Source of the DNA: the human T2T-CHM13v2.0 reference genome, Homo sapiens
Length of the DNA: 64,000 bases
Assembly: GCF_009914755.1 (NCBI RefSeq)
Contig: NC_060938.1
Direction: 5' to 3' (one strand)
Shown here one piece after another: positions 61,201-64,000 of the stretch; within the stretch, counting starts at the first letter, position 1; each line of letters begins with the position of its first letter. The notes beneath the pieces are model-generated. The model was given only the letters and a program-made list of their open reading frames with translations. It did not search any database and had not been told where the DNA came from. The position numbers and the translations under genes were made by a program.

Positions 61201-61435
61201 GGGAAACTTGGTGTATGATGATCCTGTTCTTCAAGATAGGGAATTCTGCAAGTGGTACAGGTTTGGAGAAGGAAGGAGAGCAGATGACTTTAGTGAAGTG
61301 CCACATTCTATACCTTTTGCTGGGAGACTTTCAAAGATCATTAAACAAGAAAAGATTTTGAGATATGGAATCTTGGCCAAATGAACATATTATTACTGTG
61401 TTTAGCCCAGAGCTTCCCAAATGATTAAACATAGT

Positions 61436-61850
61436 GTTGATCTAAAGAAAGAAACTGAGGCAAAATTAATATAGGGAGCGAGTTTATTTGGGCCAAGGTT
61501 GAGGAGTGCAGCCTGGGACACAAAGGAAGTGTGAAGGACGAATAAGGAGAGGGGGCAGTTACAAAGGTTGTTTGCAGGGGATTCTCATTGGTTCACAGAA
61601 GTAACATTGATTAGTGATTAGCTATACATTGTTGAACTCTAAGGTATGAGTTACGGTGTCCAGCATATGGGATTGTTAGGTTAATTTATGGCTGCTTAAC
61701 ATCACTCAGCGTAGAGCCCACATAGCAAGAAGAGATTACTTAGCTCAAGGGAGGAGTGAGAGGTGACTGCTGTCACATTTCAATGCCTCACTGGGCCAGA
61801 TAATTCAAAGGGGCTCATACTTCTCAGATAAAAAGTTTCCTTTCTTTCCC
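61436..61850. mobile_element. ERV1 MER4-group LTR (MER57-like)
   Basis: gaaactgaggcaaaattaatata...gagtttatttgggccaagg; internal ATTGG boxes. Confidence 0.5.
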
Positions 61851-61855
61851 AATAG

Positions 61856-62177
<322 letters not shown>

Positions 62178-62837
62178 TAGATTTGGAAATCCTGGTGTAT
62201 ACAACACAAGAAGAGAAGCAGAGCTAGGAAGGAACCCTGAGAACAGCTAACTTTTAAGGAATGGCTGGAGGAATTTGGAAAGTAATACCCAGAGAGGTAG
62301 GAGGGAGTTGTAACTGCTGGGGTTTAATCCCAGCTCAGTTCTTCCATAGATATTTAGGAAAACCAAATCTCGTGTTTTACTGTAGAAGAGCAAGGACCCT
62401 ATGAGCCATGTCTGGGAATGTGGAGAGCTCTTTGGAAGAAACGGTGTACCCAATGTACTCAAGCACTTCCAGTTTCAACTGAAAGGGGCCCATGACATTG
62501 TCATTTTCTCTTCTCAAAGAAACCACCCCTTTAGCTAAAAGGAAACCCGTATTAATACTCTCAATTCTAAGCACATGAGAATAATCCAACAGCTACTCTT
62601 GAAGCTATAATGAATTGTCTTAAAATTAGATCTAATATAGAGGAAGACAATCTAAAACTAACAACATAGAAAAATAAATATTCTGAGTGAGTTAGTTACA
62701 TCATTCTTTCCCTATCGTCTGGGACTGGACTCAAACTTCCCTTTAATGGTTTATTTCAATCTCAACAATATTAGATTAAAAAAAATTCCTACCTGTGCAC
62801 GGAAAGCTGAGAAAGGGTAAAAAAGGTACATGGTGCT

Positions 62838-63495
62838 TATGTTGGTGGGATTGTATAATGGGGTAGCCACTTTGGAAAACAATTTGGCAGTTCCTCAAAA
62901 AATTAAACATAGAGTTACCTATATGACCTAGCAATTTCACTCCTAGTTGTACAATAAAGAGATATGAAAACGTAAGTCCACACAAAAACTTGTATGCAAA
63001 TATTTATAACAACATTATTTACAATAGACAAAAGGTAGAAACAACCCAAATGTCCACCAACTGATGAGTGGATAAGCACAATGTGGTATATCCATACAAA
63101 AAAATATTATTCAGCCACCAAAACGAATGAAGTATTCACTGAGATAGCACATGGATGAACCTTGAAAACACTACACTGAATTAAAGAAGCCAGACACAAA
63201 ATGCAACATATTGTTTAATTCATTTATATGAAATGTCCAGAATAGGCAAATGCACAGAGCCAGAAAGTAGATTAGTGATTGCTTAGGGCAGGTGAAGGGA
63301 GGAATGGTGAGTGCTAATGGGTATAGGATTTCTATGGGGGGCTGTGATAAAAATGTTCTAAAGTTATTGTAAATAATAGTGATAGATGCACAACTCTGAG
63401 AATATACTAAAATTACTGAGTTGTATACTTTAAAATAGTGAATTTATAGTGTGTGAATTTTATGTCTCATAATGCTTTATTTAAAATAAAAGAAA
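62838..63495 (+). mobile_element. L1M (L1MB-like) 3' end
   Basis: ccactttggaaaacaatttggcagttcctcaaaa...acaacccaaatgtcca...gccagacacaaaa. Confidence 0.85.
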
Positions 63496-63819
63496 ACACA
63501 AGGGGGATGCATACTTTCTTTTCAAGATATCTAGGTCTTCAACACCCAACTGCCTTATTACCAGCAGTTTACCTTCACAGCTGTACAGCAGCTGAGAGGT
63601 GGTCAGTCTTATTCCCCATTCCCTGTTTTTCCAGAATAATTTTAGGTGGTCAAATTAATCTGTCTCCAATCAAGATTTATTTTTCTGCTAGTGCAAATAA
63701 CATTCAACTGTTGGTTTCTGATGTATTTGTACCATCAGCTTTGTCTTAACATTTATACAACATGACATAGGACATGTTCATTTATATAGTTTATCTGTAC
63801 ATTTCTTAGGTCACTTTTC

Positions 63820-64000
63820 AAAAGTCAGGTTTGTTGAGGTATAATTCATATTCAGTCAAATTCACCTGTGAGTTATATGCATTGGTGGATATTTATAGTA
63901 ACCACCACCACACTTGAGATGTTGACTATTCCCATCACTCTAAAATGTCCCTTCGCACCCCTTTGTAGTCAACCTCCCCTCCCCACCTCCAGCCCCTGCT
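63820..64000 (-). mobile_element. L1M 3' fragment
   Basis: ttgaggtataattcata...gtaaccaccaccaca. Confidence 0.65.

Overview
Primate, almost certainly human, genomic DNA. It holds the 5' end of the ninein gene (NIN, minus strand; chr14q22 by gene identity) and about 38 kb of upstream intergenic sequence. The window contains a CpG-island promoter (~24.1-25.9 kb) with two candidate first exons, a 54-nt non-coding exon 2, the start-codon exon (MDEVEQDQHEARLKELF..., EF-hand) and the next 82-nt coding exon; the gene continues beyond position 1. The rest is mostly Alu, L1, MaLR/ERV LTR and DNA-transposon relics, plus a degenerate SNORD83B-like copy. I see no prokaryote-type system or foreign insert. 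The most interesting signals are: (1) a layered 5'-leader control architecture at NIN (strong-Kozak uORF, out-of-frame AUG 5 nt before the main AUG, a potential recursive splice site at the start-codon exon, and a candidate in-frame N-terminal cassette exon); (2) a gene-conversion tract between two inverted Alus at 57.6-58.2 kb; (3) a very young-looking 5'-truncated Alu at 54.1 kb. Repeat subfamily names come from recalled consensus sequences, and repeat boundaries are approximate.
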